The position numbers and the translations under genes are program-made. A DNA stretch of 64,000 nucleotides from NCBI GenBank assembly GCA_016198755.1, contig JACQIB010000005.1:176931-240930 (forward strand). Direction: 5' to 3'. Position 1 is the first letter of the stretch; the number at the start of each line of letters is the position of its first letter. Origin of the DNA: Candidatus Aenigmatarchaeota archaeon (GTDB taxonomy: Archaea > Aenigmatarchaeota > Aenigmatarchaeia > Aenigmatarchaeales > JACQIB01). This document shows, one piece after another, positions 18,328-26,394 of the stretch. The notes below the pieces were generated by a model. The model saw only the letters and a program-made list of their open reading frames with translations, made no database searches and was not told the origin of the DNA.

Positions 18328-19029
18328 TTAACACCCCCCCACCATGCTTGAACCACCAGTGCCTTTCTCTATTCCCCTATACTTGTTAGAAGCAAGGTTA
18401 ATGTAATTTAGCTCAATTCCCTTGTCTTTCAGTATTTTTGCCTTTGCAGCTGTTGGTCCTGGGAAAAACAGAGTTTTCCACTTTCCTAACTCATCAAGTA
18501 TCTGGTCATTTGTATACTCGCTCCCGTGATTCTTTAACAGGTATTTTGCCAACCCTCTCATAGCATAGCTGTGTGCGCATCCGCAAGCTGCATTACCGTT
18601 TGGAAAAATAATGGAAGCTGCTCCACAACAATATTCACAGCTTATCCTGCCTGCGATGTCTATATACCTTGTCATTTCTTCTGCACTGAGCGTTATCTGA
18701 TCATCAAGAACACCAAGCTTGTTTATTGTTGCATCGGCCTTTTGGGGGTTTGTTACAGAAACATCATCAAAGCTCACCTTCAGCTCTTCTCCATATATAG
18801 AAGGAACCCCTTTTGGAGCTACATCTATTCCAGATACTTGGGACTGCTGTATTTGGGTAGTTGAAACTACCGAAGATATTACATTTCCTGTAACCGTATT
18901 AGATACGGAAGCTGTAGCCAAGCTGTTCTTTTCTCCTACAAGGCTGTTTATTTGCATGGTGTTGAACCCAACTATAAACAGGGCAGCTATCATAAGCCCA
19001 AAGCTTATCCTTTCCAATTCTTCTGACAT
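18328..19029 (-). CDS. membrane-anchored Cys-cluster protein (CEYCCG...CGCAHS) ending in MVGGC
   Basis: 233 aa; N-terminal TM. ISCEYCCGAASIIFPNGNAACGCAHSYAMRGLAKYLL is reminiscent of PCYCGC-type motifs. C-terminus GTGGSSMVGGC*. Confidence 0.5.
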   Translation of the reverse strand: MSEELERISFGLMIAALFIVGFNTMQINSLVGEKNSLATASVSNTVTGNVISSVVSTTQIQQSQVSGIDVAPKGVPSIYGEELKVSFDDVSVTNPQKADATINKLGVLDDQITLSAEEMTRYIDIAGRISCEYCCGAASIIFPNGNAACGCAHSYAMRGLAKYLLKNHGSEYTNDQILDELGKWKTLFFPGPTAAKAKILKDKGIELNYINLASNKYRGIEKGTGGSSMVGGC

Positions 19030-19085
19030 GAAACCCTATGAAAAGAAACAGTGTATATACCTACTACTGAAACTGGTTTCATTAC

Positions 19086-19577
19086 CTATTTCAGTACAAT
19101 AATGTTAGTCATTCCCCTTCTCTTTCTCTCTAAAATATCCTTTAGCTCAAGCCTGTCAAGTATCCTTGTGACTTTTACCTTGCCAAACCCTGTATCAGCT
19201 ATTATATCTGTCTGGAAGGCTGAACCGCCTTTATTTTTTATAGTGTTATATACCTTTTTTTCCTCGTCTGCAAGTATAGAAAGGTCAAATAGTTTGAATT
19301 CTTTCTTCTCTGAGCCAATAGAAATTTTTGGCATAAATACCATATAACCTCCTAAACCGAGCACAAGAAAACCAACACCAAATGAAGAAAGTATAAACCA
19401 TGAGGCATTGCTTGTATGCACTGGGCAAGTTTTCATATCTAGGTTGTTCTTCTGGTACTGATCACACAAGAGTCCTGACTGGAAGTCATAGTCAAGCTTT
19501 ACAAATGTAAGTACAAAGAGCAGGATTATGGAAAATCCTATAAGCAACGATCCCAGAGTTTTGGAGTTTACATCCAT
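19086..19577 (-). CDS. membrane-associated winged-helix transcriptional regulator (2 TM plus C-terminal wHTH)
   Basis: 163 aa; two TM helices flank a Cys-containing loop (LLCDQYQKNNLDMKTCPVH). C-terminal EEKKVYNTIKNKGGSAFQTDIIADTGFGKVKVTRILDRLELKDILERKRRG is a MarR/ArsR-like wHTH (COG2512-like architecture). Confidence 0.6.
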   Translation of the reverse strand: MDVNSKTLGSLLIGFSIILLFVLTFVKLDYDFQSGLLCDQYQKNNLDMKTCPVHTSNASWFILSSFGVGFLVLGLGGYMVFMPKISIGSEKKEFKLFDLSILADEEKKVYNTIKNKGGSAFQTDIIADTGFGKVKVTRILDRLELKDILERKRRGMTNIIVLK

Positions 19578-19671
19578 GGTTCTTAGTGTATATAGAATGC
19601 TTTTAAAGGTATAGTATACACTTGGGAAGTGGCCTTATAATTTGGACCTTAAGTGTCGAAATACTTGCTGT

Positions 19672-21114
19672 TTAGTAAGAACGCGCAACATAAACCTTTT
19701 GAACTGCCTTTTTTCCGCATACAGCACACTCACCCTTTGCAGGTTCTTTCTTTCCTACTATAGTTCCTCTTACCTCAGCACCTGCATCTTCCTTTATTTT
19801 CTTTGCACAGCTCTCATTACCGCAGAAGTCTATATGCACAAACCCGCCTTTCTCTTCCAGAGCTTTTTTCAGTTCTTTCAATGTCTTTGCTGGTGTAATC
19901 TTTAGCAGTGCGTCAGCCCTTTTCTTGAGCTGGAAACCAATACTATCCAAAACTTCCAATGCCTGCTCTTCCAGCTTTTCTTCTGCTATTGATGTTCTCT
20001 CTAAAAAGTCCCTGCGCGTTAGAACCACCTGTCCCTTTTCCAGATCCCTAGGTCCAATCTCTATTCTCAATGGAACTCCTTTCAGCTCCCATTCATGGAA
20101 CTTGAACCCAGGAGTTTTCCCTTCCCTATCATCCAGAATAACCCTGAGGTTCTTCCCCTCTAATCTACCTAAAATCTCTCCAGCTTTCTCCATAACCTTT
20201 GTTTTAGTCTCTGCTGTGTAAATTGGAACAATAACAATCTGTGTTGGAGCAACTGCAGGAGGCAAAATCAACCCTTTGTCATCCCCGTGTATTGCAACCA
20301 AAGCTCCCATTATTCTGGAAATTCCAATACCGAATGTGGTTTGGTTTACATAGATTTTCTTTCCGTTCTGGTCCATATACTTTATATCAAAAGGCTTTGA
20401 GAATTTCTCACCTAAATTATGCGTTGTGCCTATCTGCAATACTTTCCCATCAGGCAGTACCACATCATATGCAGATGTCTTCTCTGCACCTGCAAACTTA
20501 TCCCATTCAGGGCGCTGGCAAAGAAGGAAAGGTAAACAGAGAGAACTTAGCCCTTTTTCAAAAATACCCATATCTTCTTCCACCTGCTTATCAGCATCAT
20601 CGAATGTCTTCTGGGCTGTGTGCGCTTCTATCCAGAAAAACTCTCTTCCCCTTATAAGGGGTTTTGTCATTTTAGTTTCAGCCCTATAGACAGAGACAGC
20701 TTGGTAAAGCTTGAAAGGAAGCTGGGTATGGGAACGGAGCCAGACAGAATACATGGGATAGAACGCTGTTTCTGACGTCGGGCGAAGACAGAGCCTTTCT
20801 TCCAGCTTGTGTTTTCCCCCATGGGTAACCCAGAAAACCTCATCCTCAAATCCTTTTATATGCTCGGCTTCCTTGTTTAAGTTCTTCTCAGGTATAACAA
20901 CAGGAAAAATCACTGCTTTGTGCCCTGTTTTTTGCAGCCCTTCCTCAAAGATATCCTGCATCCTGCGCAGCAAGAATGTTCCTGTTGGCATGTAAATTAC
21001 AAACCCTTTTACTCCATACCTTTCATCTAAAACCTCTGATTTCTGCAACACTTCCAAGTACCATTTACTAAAGTCATCTGCTTTCTTAACCGTTAAACCC
21101 ATTTCTTCGCTCAT
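19672..21114 (-). CDS. proS: prolyl-tRNA synthetase (archaeal/eukaryotic type)
   Basis: 480 aa; class II core, C-terminal Zn-type Cys cluster and terminal ..YVARSY typical of archaeal ProRS. Confidence 0.9.
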   Translation of the reverse strand: MSEEMGLTVKKADDFSKWYLEVLQKSEVLDERYGVKGFVIYMPTGTFLLRRMQDIFEEGLQKTGHKAVIFPVVIPEKNLNKEAEHIKGFEDEVFWVTHGGKHKLEERLCLRPTSETAFYPMYSVWLRSHTQLPFKLYQAVSVYRAETKMTKPLIRGREFFWIEAHTAQKTFDDADKQVEEDMGIFEKGLSSLCLPFLLCQRPEWDKFAGAEKTSAYDVVLPDGKVLQIGTTHNLGEKFSKPFDIKYMDQNGKKIYVNQTTFGIGISRIMGALVAIHGDDKGLILPPAVAPTQIVIVPIYTAETKTKVMEKAGEILGRLEGKNLRVILDDREGKTPGFKFHEWELKGVPLRIEIGPRDLEKGQVVLTRRDFLERTSIAEEKLEEQALEVLDSIGFQLKKRADALLKITPAKTLKELKKALEEKGGFVHIDFCGNESCAKKIKEDAGAEVRGTIVGKKEPAKGECAVCGKKAVQKVYVARSY

Positions 21115-21977
21115 GTTTTCTCACATCTTATTTCTAGGGGCTGGTTTATATTCATACCGCTTAAGCCCAGTTCTCTTGACCTCTTGGCTGCAGCATCTAT
21201 TATTCCTGAAATTCCTTCCTTTATTCCATTGGTTTTGGCAAAAGAAATGCCAGCTTCTGTAGTGCCCCCCTTTGAGGCCACCTTATCTATAAATTCCGTG
21301 TAAGACAGACCATTAGCTTTCAAAAACTCTGCAGTACCTTCTACGGTCTTCGTCAATAAACTATGTGCTACCCTCTCTTGCAACCCCATCTTTATGGCTT
21401 TTTCTTCCATGCAGGAAAGGAAATAAGAAAAGAATGCTGGACCTGAACCACTAAGGGCTGTTACAACATCCATATCACTCTCGTTAACTCTGTATGTTGG
21501 ACCGCCAGCTTCAAGTATGTATCTTGCATTTTTCTCTTCATTTTCACTACAATTTCCATTCAGGTAGTATGCACTAACTCCACATCCGTAAAAGAAGCCT
21601 ATGTTAGGCATTGCTCTGCAAATTCTTGTTTGACTTCCAAGTTTCTGTTCAAAATAACTTGTCCTCTTTCCGGCAGCTATAGACAACACTAGCCTTTCTC
21701 CTAAATGAATTCCCGCTAAGCCTTCCATAACAGTATCCAGACTCTGGGGTTTAACAGAAAAAACAACTACATCTGACTGTTCTGCAACCTTCCTGTTATC
21801 TGTAGTTGTTTCTATTTCATAGGTTTTATTAAGCCTTTCTAGCTGTTCAACACTCCTCCTACTAGCTACTATGTTACCATTGTAGCCGCGTACAAGCAGG
21901 GATTTTATCATGGCTTCTGCCATATTTCCCGCTCCTATGAACCCTATAGTGCCTATACTACTTTCCATATTTGTCAC
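21111..21977 (-). CDS. proC: pyrroline-5-carboxylate reductase
   Basis: 288 aa; IGFIGAGNMAEAMIKSLL Rossmann motif and a P5CR dimerisation-domain pattern. Stop overlaps the proS start by 4 nt. Confidence 0.85.
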   Translation of the reverse strand: MTNMESSIGTIGFIGAGNMAEAMIKSLLVRGYNGNIVASRRSVEQLERLNKTYEIETTTDNRKVAEQSDVVVFSVKPQSLDTVMEGLAGIHLGERLVLSIAAGKRTSYFEQKLGSQTRICRAMPNIGFFYGCGVSAYYLNGNCSENEEKNARYILEAGGPTYRVNESDMDVVTALSGSGPAFFSYFLSCMEEKAIKMGLQERVAHSLLTKTVEGTAEFLKANGLSYTEFIDKVASKGGTTEAGISFAKTNGIKEGISGIIDAAAKRSRELGLSGMNINQPLEIRCEKT

Positions 21978-22275
21978 CCAGTAGAGCTATATAGAAACTG
22001 CCAAATTTGGTCAGGCTCGCTATAGAACCGTTGCCAAATTCTATCAGACCCAGATTACGCAGGATTTTGGAGTTATGTTTTAGAGTGGATAGGGAAATTC
22101 CATTTTCCTTCTCTGTTTTCCTGAGAAGGGAGCTTATTGTAAGGCTGTTGTTCAGGGAAACAGCAGAAAGTATAAGCTTTTGGTTGGTGTTTAGAGAACG
22201 GGCTAATAAAATCTTTAGCCCTGCATTGGTTGGCTGTGTACCACCTTTAACACCTTTTAACAGTAGGAGAGTGAT
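21958..22275 (-). other. open frame encoding an ArsR/MarR-like wHTH but lacking any ATG/GTG/TTG start
   Basis: My translation: ITLLLLKGVKGGTQPTNAGLKILLARSLNTNQKLILSAVSLNNSLTISSLLRKTEKENGISLSTLKHNSKILRNLGLIEFGNGSIASLTKFGSFYIALLGDKYGK*. The track instead shows an antisense ORF at 22007..22480. Confidence 0.35.
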
Positions 22276-22314
22276 TTATTTAAAAGCACTGGTCAGGTTA
22301 GATTGGCCAGAAAA

Positions 22315-22536
22315 TTATTTAGCCTTAAGCGGAAGCCTTACGCTTACATCGGAAAGCTCTTTTGCAGGGATCCTTTTTGAAACATTGAGCATTTCTATCC
22401 CTAAAATTCTCCCCTTCGAATCCAAATCTATTAGTGTGTCGTCGTCTATTTTTTTGTTCTGGGCAAATTTGCCTTCTTGAAACTTTATGTATAGTGCATC
22501 TGCCTGTAGGTCAACGCTAATTTCCATTTCATTCAC
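22315..22536 (-). CDS. DUF2283-family protein (putative antitoxin)
   Basis: 73 aa; DALYIKFQEG...IDLDSKGRILGIEMLNVS matches the DUF2283 pattern. Confidence 0.7.
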   Translation of the reverse strand: MNEMEISVDLQADALYIKFQEGKFAQNKKIDDDTLIDLDSKGRILGIEMLNVSKRIPAKELSDVSVRLPLKAK

Positions 22537-22750
22537 CCCAATAAACAGTTATAACAACCACGTTATCATGTACCATTGTGTATACCACACTTATTACTTT
22601 ATTGTTTTCCACCCTTTTAATAGCTTGCTTTCTGCCTTCTGTTAGCCCCATTATTTTGTCCGGGCTTTTAATAGCCTCTTCTATCCACACCTTCTTTATA
22701 CCACGTTCTAAAGCCCTATACTCTGCATGCATAGAATAAATGATTCCCAT
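22529..22750 (-). CDS. DUF4258-family protein (putative toxin)
   Basis: 73 aa; HAEYRALERGI...VISVVYTMVHDNVVVITVYW pattern. Overlaps the DUF2283 gene by 8 nt. Confidence 0.65.
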   Translation of the reverse strand: MGIIYSMHAEYRALERGIKKVWIEEAIKSPDKIMGLTEGRKQAIKRVENNKVISVVYTMVHDNVVVITVYWGE

Positions 22751-22828
22751 AAGGTTATTTTGTATAGTTTGTTAATAAACATTCCTCATTTCCATAGAGA
22801 TTAATACTTTCTTGTCTATAGTTTCAGA

Positions 22829-24025
22829 ATGAAAATAGCCATATTCTCAGATTGCCATATGGGTTTTGATTATGGGGGACCAAGGGGAGAAGATAGTTTT
22901 TCCGCCTTTGAAGAAGCTTTGGAAAAGAGCAAAGATGCGGACATGATTCTTGTTGCAGGAGACTTATTTGATATGAGAGTTCCTAGGCAGGAGGTTTTTG
23001 CGCGCGGTGCAAGAATACTTAGTAGGGTCAGGGAATGGGACGGAGGGGCAAAATTTGAGAGTATTATAGGGAAGAAAGCGGAAGATGTTTCGCCGCTTAG
23101 CCTGAAAGGGAAGCCTATGGTTGTTATAAGCGGAAACCATGATCGCAGGTCTCCACATTTAACAAATCCTGTTCAGGCACTGGAGCATGCTGGTTTACTT
23201 CTACATTTGCACTGTTCCACGGCTGTGTTTGATATAGAAGGTAGGAAAGTTGCTGTTCATGGAATGAGCGCTGTGCCTGAAAGGTATGCGAAGGAAGTTT
23301 TGCTGTCTTGGAACCCCAAGCCACTGGAAGGGGCTGTAAATATTTTCCTTATACACCAGAATATTGACCCCTATATTTTTAACCCATTGGAGCCGCCTTC
23401 TCTAAAACTTGAGGATTTGCCTATAGGTTTTGATTTGTATGTCATGGGTCACCTGCATTGGAATGATACGCAGAGATTCAGGGGCAAGAATCTTCTGGTA
23501 GCTGGTTCGACAACTCCAACAGGGCTGCACAAGATTGAGGCTGAGCAGAAAAAGGGAGTTTTCTTTTTCAACGGAGAATATCTGGATTTTTCACCTTTGA
23601 TAAAGCAGAGAAAAATTTTCTGGGAAGATGCTTACCTTTCACCGACAATTAAGGAAGATATGGATAGAACTATAGGAAAGATTGTTTCTGCTGAAACCGG
23701 AAAGCCCATTATTGTAATTAAGGTAAAGGGAAAGCTGCCTATTGGTGCCCATGTTCCAAGTTTCAGGGATATAGAATTAAAGTATGATGAAAAAGCGTTG
23801 CTGTATATTTACACAAACTTGGAAGGGCAGGAATTTGAAAGCCAGCTTGATCTCATTAAATCCCTTAGGGAACAGAGACTTTCCCCCGAAGAGTATGGTT
23901 TGCAATTGTTAAAGGAAAATCTAATGCAGGCGAAGTGCGGTATAAAGGTGGAGGATATTTTTGAACTGCTAGTGGAAGGACAGACAGAAGAGATTTATAG
24001 CGGTATTGTGGGTGGGAACAAATGA
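22829..24025 (+). CDS. mre11: DNA double-strand break repair nuclease Mre11
   Basis: 398 aa; calcineurin-like motifs (IFSDCHMG, AGDLFD, GNHD, GHLH). 4-nt overlap with rad50. Confidence 0.88.
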   Translation: MKIAIFSDCHMGFDYGGPRGEDSFSAFEEALEKSKDADMILVAGDLFDMRVPRQEVFARGARILSRVREWDGGAKFESIIGKKAEDVSPLSLKGKPMVVISGNHDRRSPHLTNPVQALEHAGLLLHLHCSTAVFDIEGRKVAVHGMSAVPERYAKEVLLSWNPKPLEGAVNIFLIHQNIDPYIFNPLEPPSLKLEDLPIGFDLYVMGHLHWNDTQRFRGKNLLVAGSTTPTGLHKIEAEQKKGVFFFNGEYLDFSPLIKQRKIFWEDAYLSPTIKEDMDRTIGKIVSAETGKPIIVIKVKGKLPIGAHVPSFRDIELKYDEKALLYIYTNLEGQEFESQLDLIKSLREQRLSPEEYGLQLLKENLMQAKCGIKVEDIFELLVEGQTEEIYSGIVGGNK

Positions 24026-26394
24026 TAAAGAAAATATCGCTAAAAAACTGGAGGTCTCATTCTGATACTGAGCTGGTTTTTTCAGATGGAACAAATGCGC
24101 TTATTGGGCTTATGGGAGGCGGGAAGAGCTCTGTGCTTTCCGGCATATGCTTTGGGTTGTTTGGAACTTTTCCGGAGCTGCAGAGCAGGAAAGTAAAGCT
24201 GGAAGATGTTATAATGAAAAAGCCAAAAGAACAGAAACAGGCTGAAATTTCCGTGGTCTTTGATTTGGGAGATGGCATTGACTGGACTGTTAAGAGGGTT
24301 ATTTCAAAGGGAAAAAGTACGGAAGCTGAGCTTAGGAAAAACGGACAGATAGTAGAAGCACAGGTACAGAAAGTAAACGAAGATGTGGAACGATTATTGA
24401 AAATAAATTATGACCTGTTTACCAGGGCAATATACAGCGAACAGAACCAGATAGATATGTTTCTTACAATACCAAAAGGACAGAGAATGAAAAAGATTGA
24501 TGAAATTCTGGCTATAGACAGGTTTGAAAAAGCTAGGACAAGCACAAAAACTCTGGGTGGAAGAGTCAGGCTGTCTGCCGATGAAAAGAAGACCATTATA
24601 CAGGAACTTGAGAAGGATTCTGCTGTTCAGATGTTATCCGGATTAAAGAGTTCTATTGAAACTCTCAGGAAAGAAAAGGAAAGAATAGAGCAACAGCTGA
24701 AAACAGCCAAGAACAGGAGAGCGGATTTGGAAAGGGGTATAGATGAAGTTAGGAGAAGAGAAAAGGAAAGGAGAGAAATAGAGGACGGAATGAAAAGTTT
24801 TACGGCTCTTATAGAAGCTGTGGAAGAGGAAATAGACAAACTAAAAGAAGATCTTATGGATTTTGTTGAGAAAACTGATGAAGAGATTGGAGAAGGGTTT
24901 CAGGAAAAGAAAAAAGAATTAGAAGGGTTGGAAAGGGAGGTGGAGGATGAAAACAGAAAGTTGTTGTCATTAAAAGAAATGCTGGGAAATAAACAGGGAA
25001 AATTGGCTGGTATGGAAGAGAAAATACCTGAAACGAGGAAAAAAATAAAAGAAAAGGAAGAATTGGAAAAAATACTGAAAAGGGGTGGGGTAAAGAAGGT
25101 TCTTGGAGAAATAGAAAAGAAGAGGGGAGAACTTGAGAAATCTGCAGCAGCTGTTCAGGCAGGCATAGAAAGAATTGCTGAAGCTGAAGAAGGTCTGAGA
25201 GAAATAAAGCGGGTTGAAAGCATTTGCCCTATATGTGATAATCCTCTGGGTGATAAGAAGAAAGAAAATATAATAGAAAGGAAAGAAAAACTTATATCAA
25301 AATTAAAGCTGGATGTAGAACATGGTGGGGATAGGGCTGAAAAGTTGAGGGTTGAAATAAAAGATCTGGAGAAAGAACTAAAAGAAGTTGAAAATATTGA
25401 GTTTAAGCTTTCGCAGCTGGAAACTGTTGGAGCTGAGTTAAAGTTTTTGGTGGACGCTGTTAAACAGTTCAAATTGGATATACAGCAGATTAATACAGAA
25501 GTTAAGATGGCTGAAAAAGCGCAGGGATTGTTTAAAGGGAGGTATGAAACTCTGAGAAATGAGTATGATAATATAAAGAGGGTTCTGGAAAAGAGAGCTG
25601 AACTTTCAGGAAGGGTTAAGAGGAGAAAGGAAATAGAAACAAATATTATAGGTTTGCAGGAAAAATCACAGAGGCTTGGCCCTCTTGGCTCGCTGAGCGC
25701 AGAAAGCATGGAAAGGGAATTACAAACTGCTATTGGATTTGAGAGCGCCGCTTCTGTAAGAATAGAAACATTGGGGGACAATATAAAAGAAAAAGAAACG
25801 ATTTTGGTTGAAACTGAAAAGAAAATGGAAACAATAGAGAAGATAAGGGCTGAAAGCATTAAGATGGAAACTATAGCTGAACAGCTTGTTCTTTTGGAAA
25901 GTTCCCTGCTTGCAACACAGGAGCAGCTAAGAAGGTATTTTGTTTCTGCTGTGAATCAGGCTATGGGCCTTGTTTGGCAGAACCTTTATCCTTATGGGGA
26001 TTTCAAATCCTGCAGGCTTGGGATAGAGGAGGGGGATTATATTTTGCAGTTACAAGATTCAACTGGATGGATTCCTGTGGATGGTGTAGCCTCTGGAGGA
26101 GAAAGATCTATAGCTGCTTTGGCACTGAGGATTGCTTTCGCCCTTGTTCTGGCTCCGCAGCTGCGCTGGCTTATTTTAGATGAACCAACCCATAATCTGG
26201 ATGAAAAGGCAACGCAGGAACTGGCTGCTGTATTGAGAGATAGGATTTCAGAGTTTGTGGAACAGGTTTTCCTTGTAACACATAACCCTGAAATGGAGAA
26301 TGCTGTTTCAGGATATTTGTATAGGTTTGAGAGAGCTAAAGAAAAGGACGAACCCTCGCGTGTTACAATGATAAGCGGGCCGCAGCTCACATGA
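24022..26394 (+). CDS. rad50: DNA double-strand break repair ATPase Rad50
   Basis: 790 aa; Walker A GLMGGGKSS, long coiled coil with CPIC zinc hook, signature SGGERS, Walker B LILDEPT. Confidence 0.9.
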   Translation: MIKKISLKNWRSHSDTELVFSDGTNALIGLMGGGKSSVLSGICFGLFGTFPELQSRKVKLEDVIMKKPKEQKQAEISVVFDLGDGIDWTVKRVISKGKSTEAELRKNGQIVEAQVQKVNEDVERLLKINYDLFTRAIYSEQNQIDMFLTIPKGQRMKKIDEILAIDRFEKARTSTKTLGGRVRLSADEKKTIIQELEKDSAVQMLSGLKSSIETLRKEKERIEQQLKTAKNRRADLERGIDEVRRREKERREIEDGMKSFTALIEAVEEEIDKLKEDLMDFVEKTDEEIGEGFQEKKKELEGLEREVEDENRKLLSLKEMLGNKQGKLAGMEEKIPETRKKIKEKEELEKILKRGGVKKVLGEIEKKRGELEKSAAAVQAGIERIAEAEEGLREIKRVESICPICDNPLGDKKKENIIERKEKLISKLKLDVEHGGDRAEKLRVEIKDLEKELKEVENIEFKLSQLETVGAELKFLVDAVKQFKLDIQQINTEVKMAEKAQGLFKGRYETLRNEYDNIKRVLEKRAELSGRVKRRKEIETNIIGLQEKSQRLGPLGSLSAESMERELQTAIGFESAASVRIETLGDNIKEKETILVETEKKMETIEKIRAESIKMETIAEQLVLLESSLLATQEQLRRYFVSAVNQAMGLVWQNLYPYGDFKSCRLGIEEGDYILQLQDSTGWIPVDGVASGGERSIAALALRIAFALVLAPQLRWLILDEPTHNLDEKATQELAAVLRDRISEFVEQVFLVTHNPEMENAVSGYLYRFERAKEKDEPSRVTMISGPQLT

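Noticed and set aside
22007-22480. Track ORF 22007..22480 (+, 157 aa)
   Set aside because: It is antisense to both the DUF2283 gene and the wHTH frame. Its product is Leu/Arg/Ser/Phe-rich with no motif.
24057-25859. Several minus-strand ORFs inside rad50 (for example 25155..25859, 234 aa)
   Set aside because: They are Ser/Phe/Leu-rich antisense products of the Lys/Glu-rich coiled-coil coding region. Rad50 is intact with all motifs.
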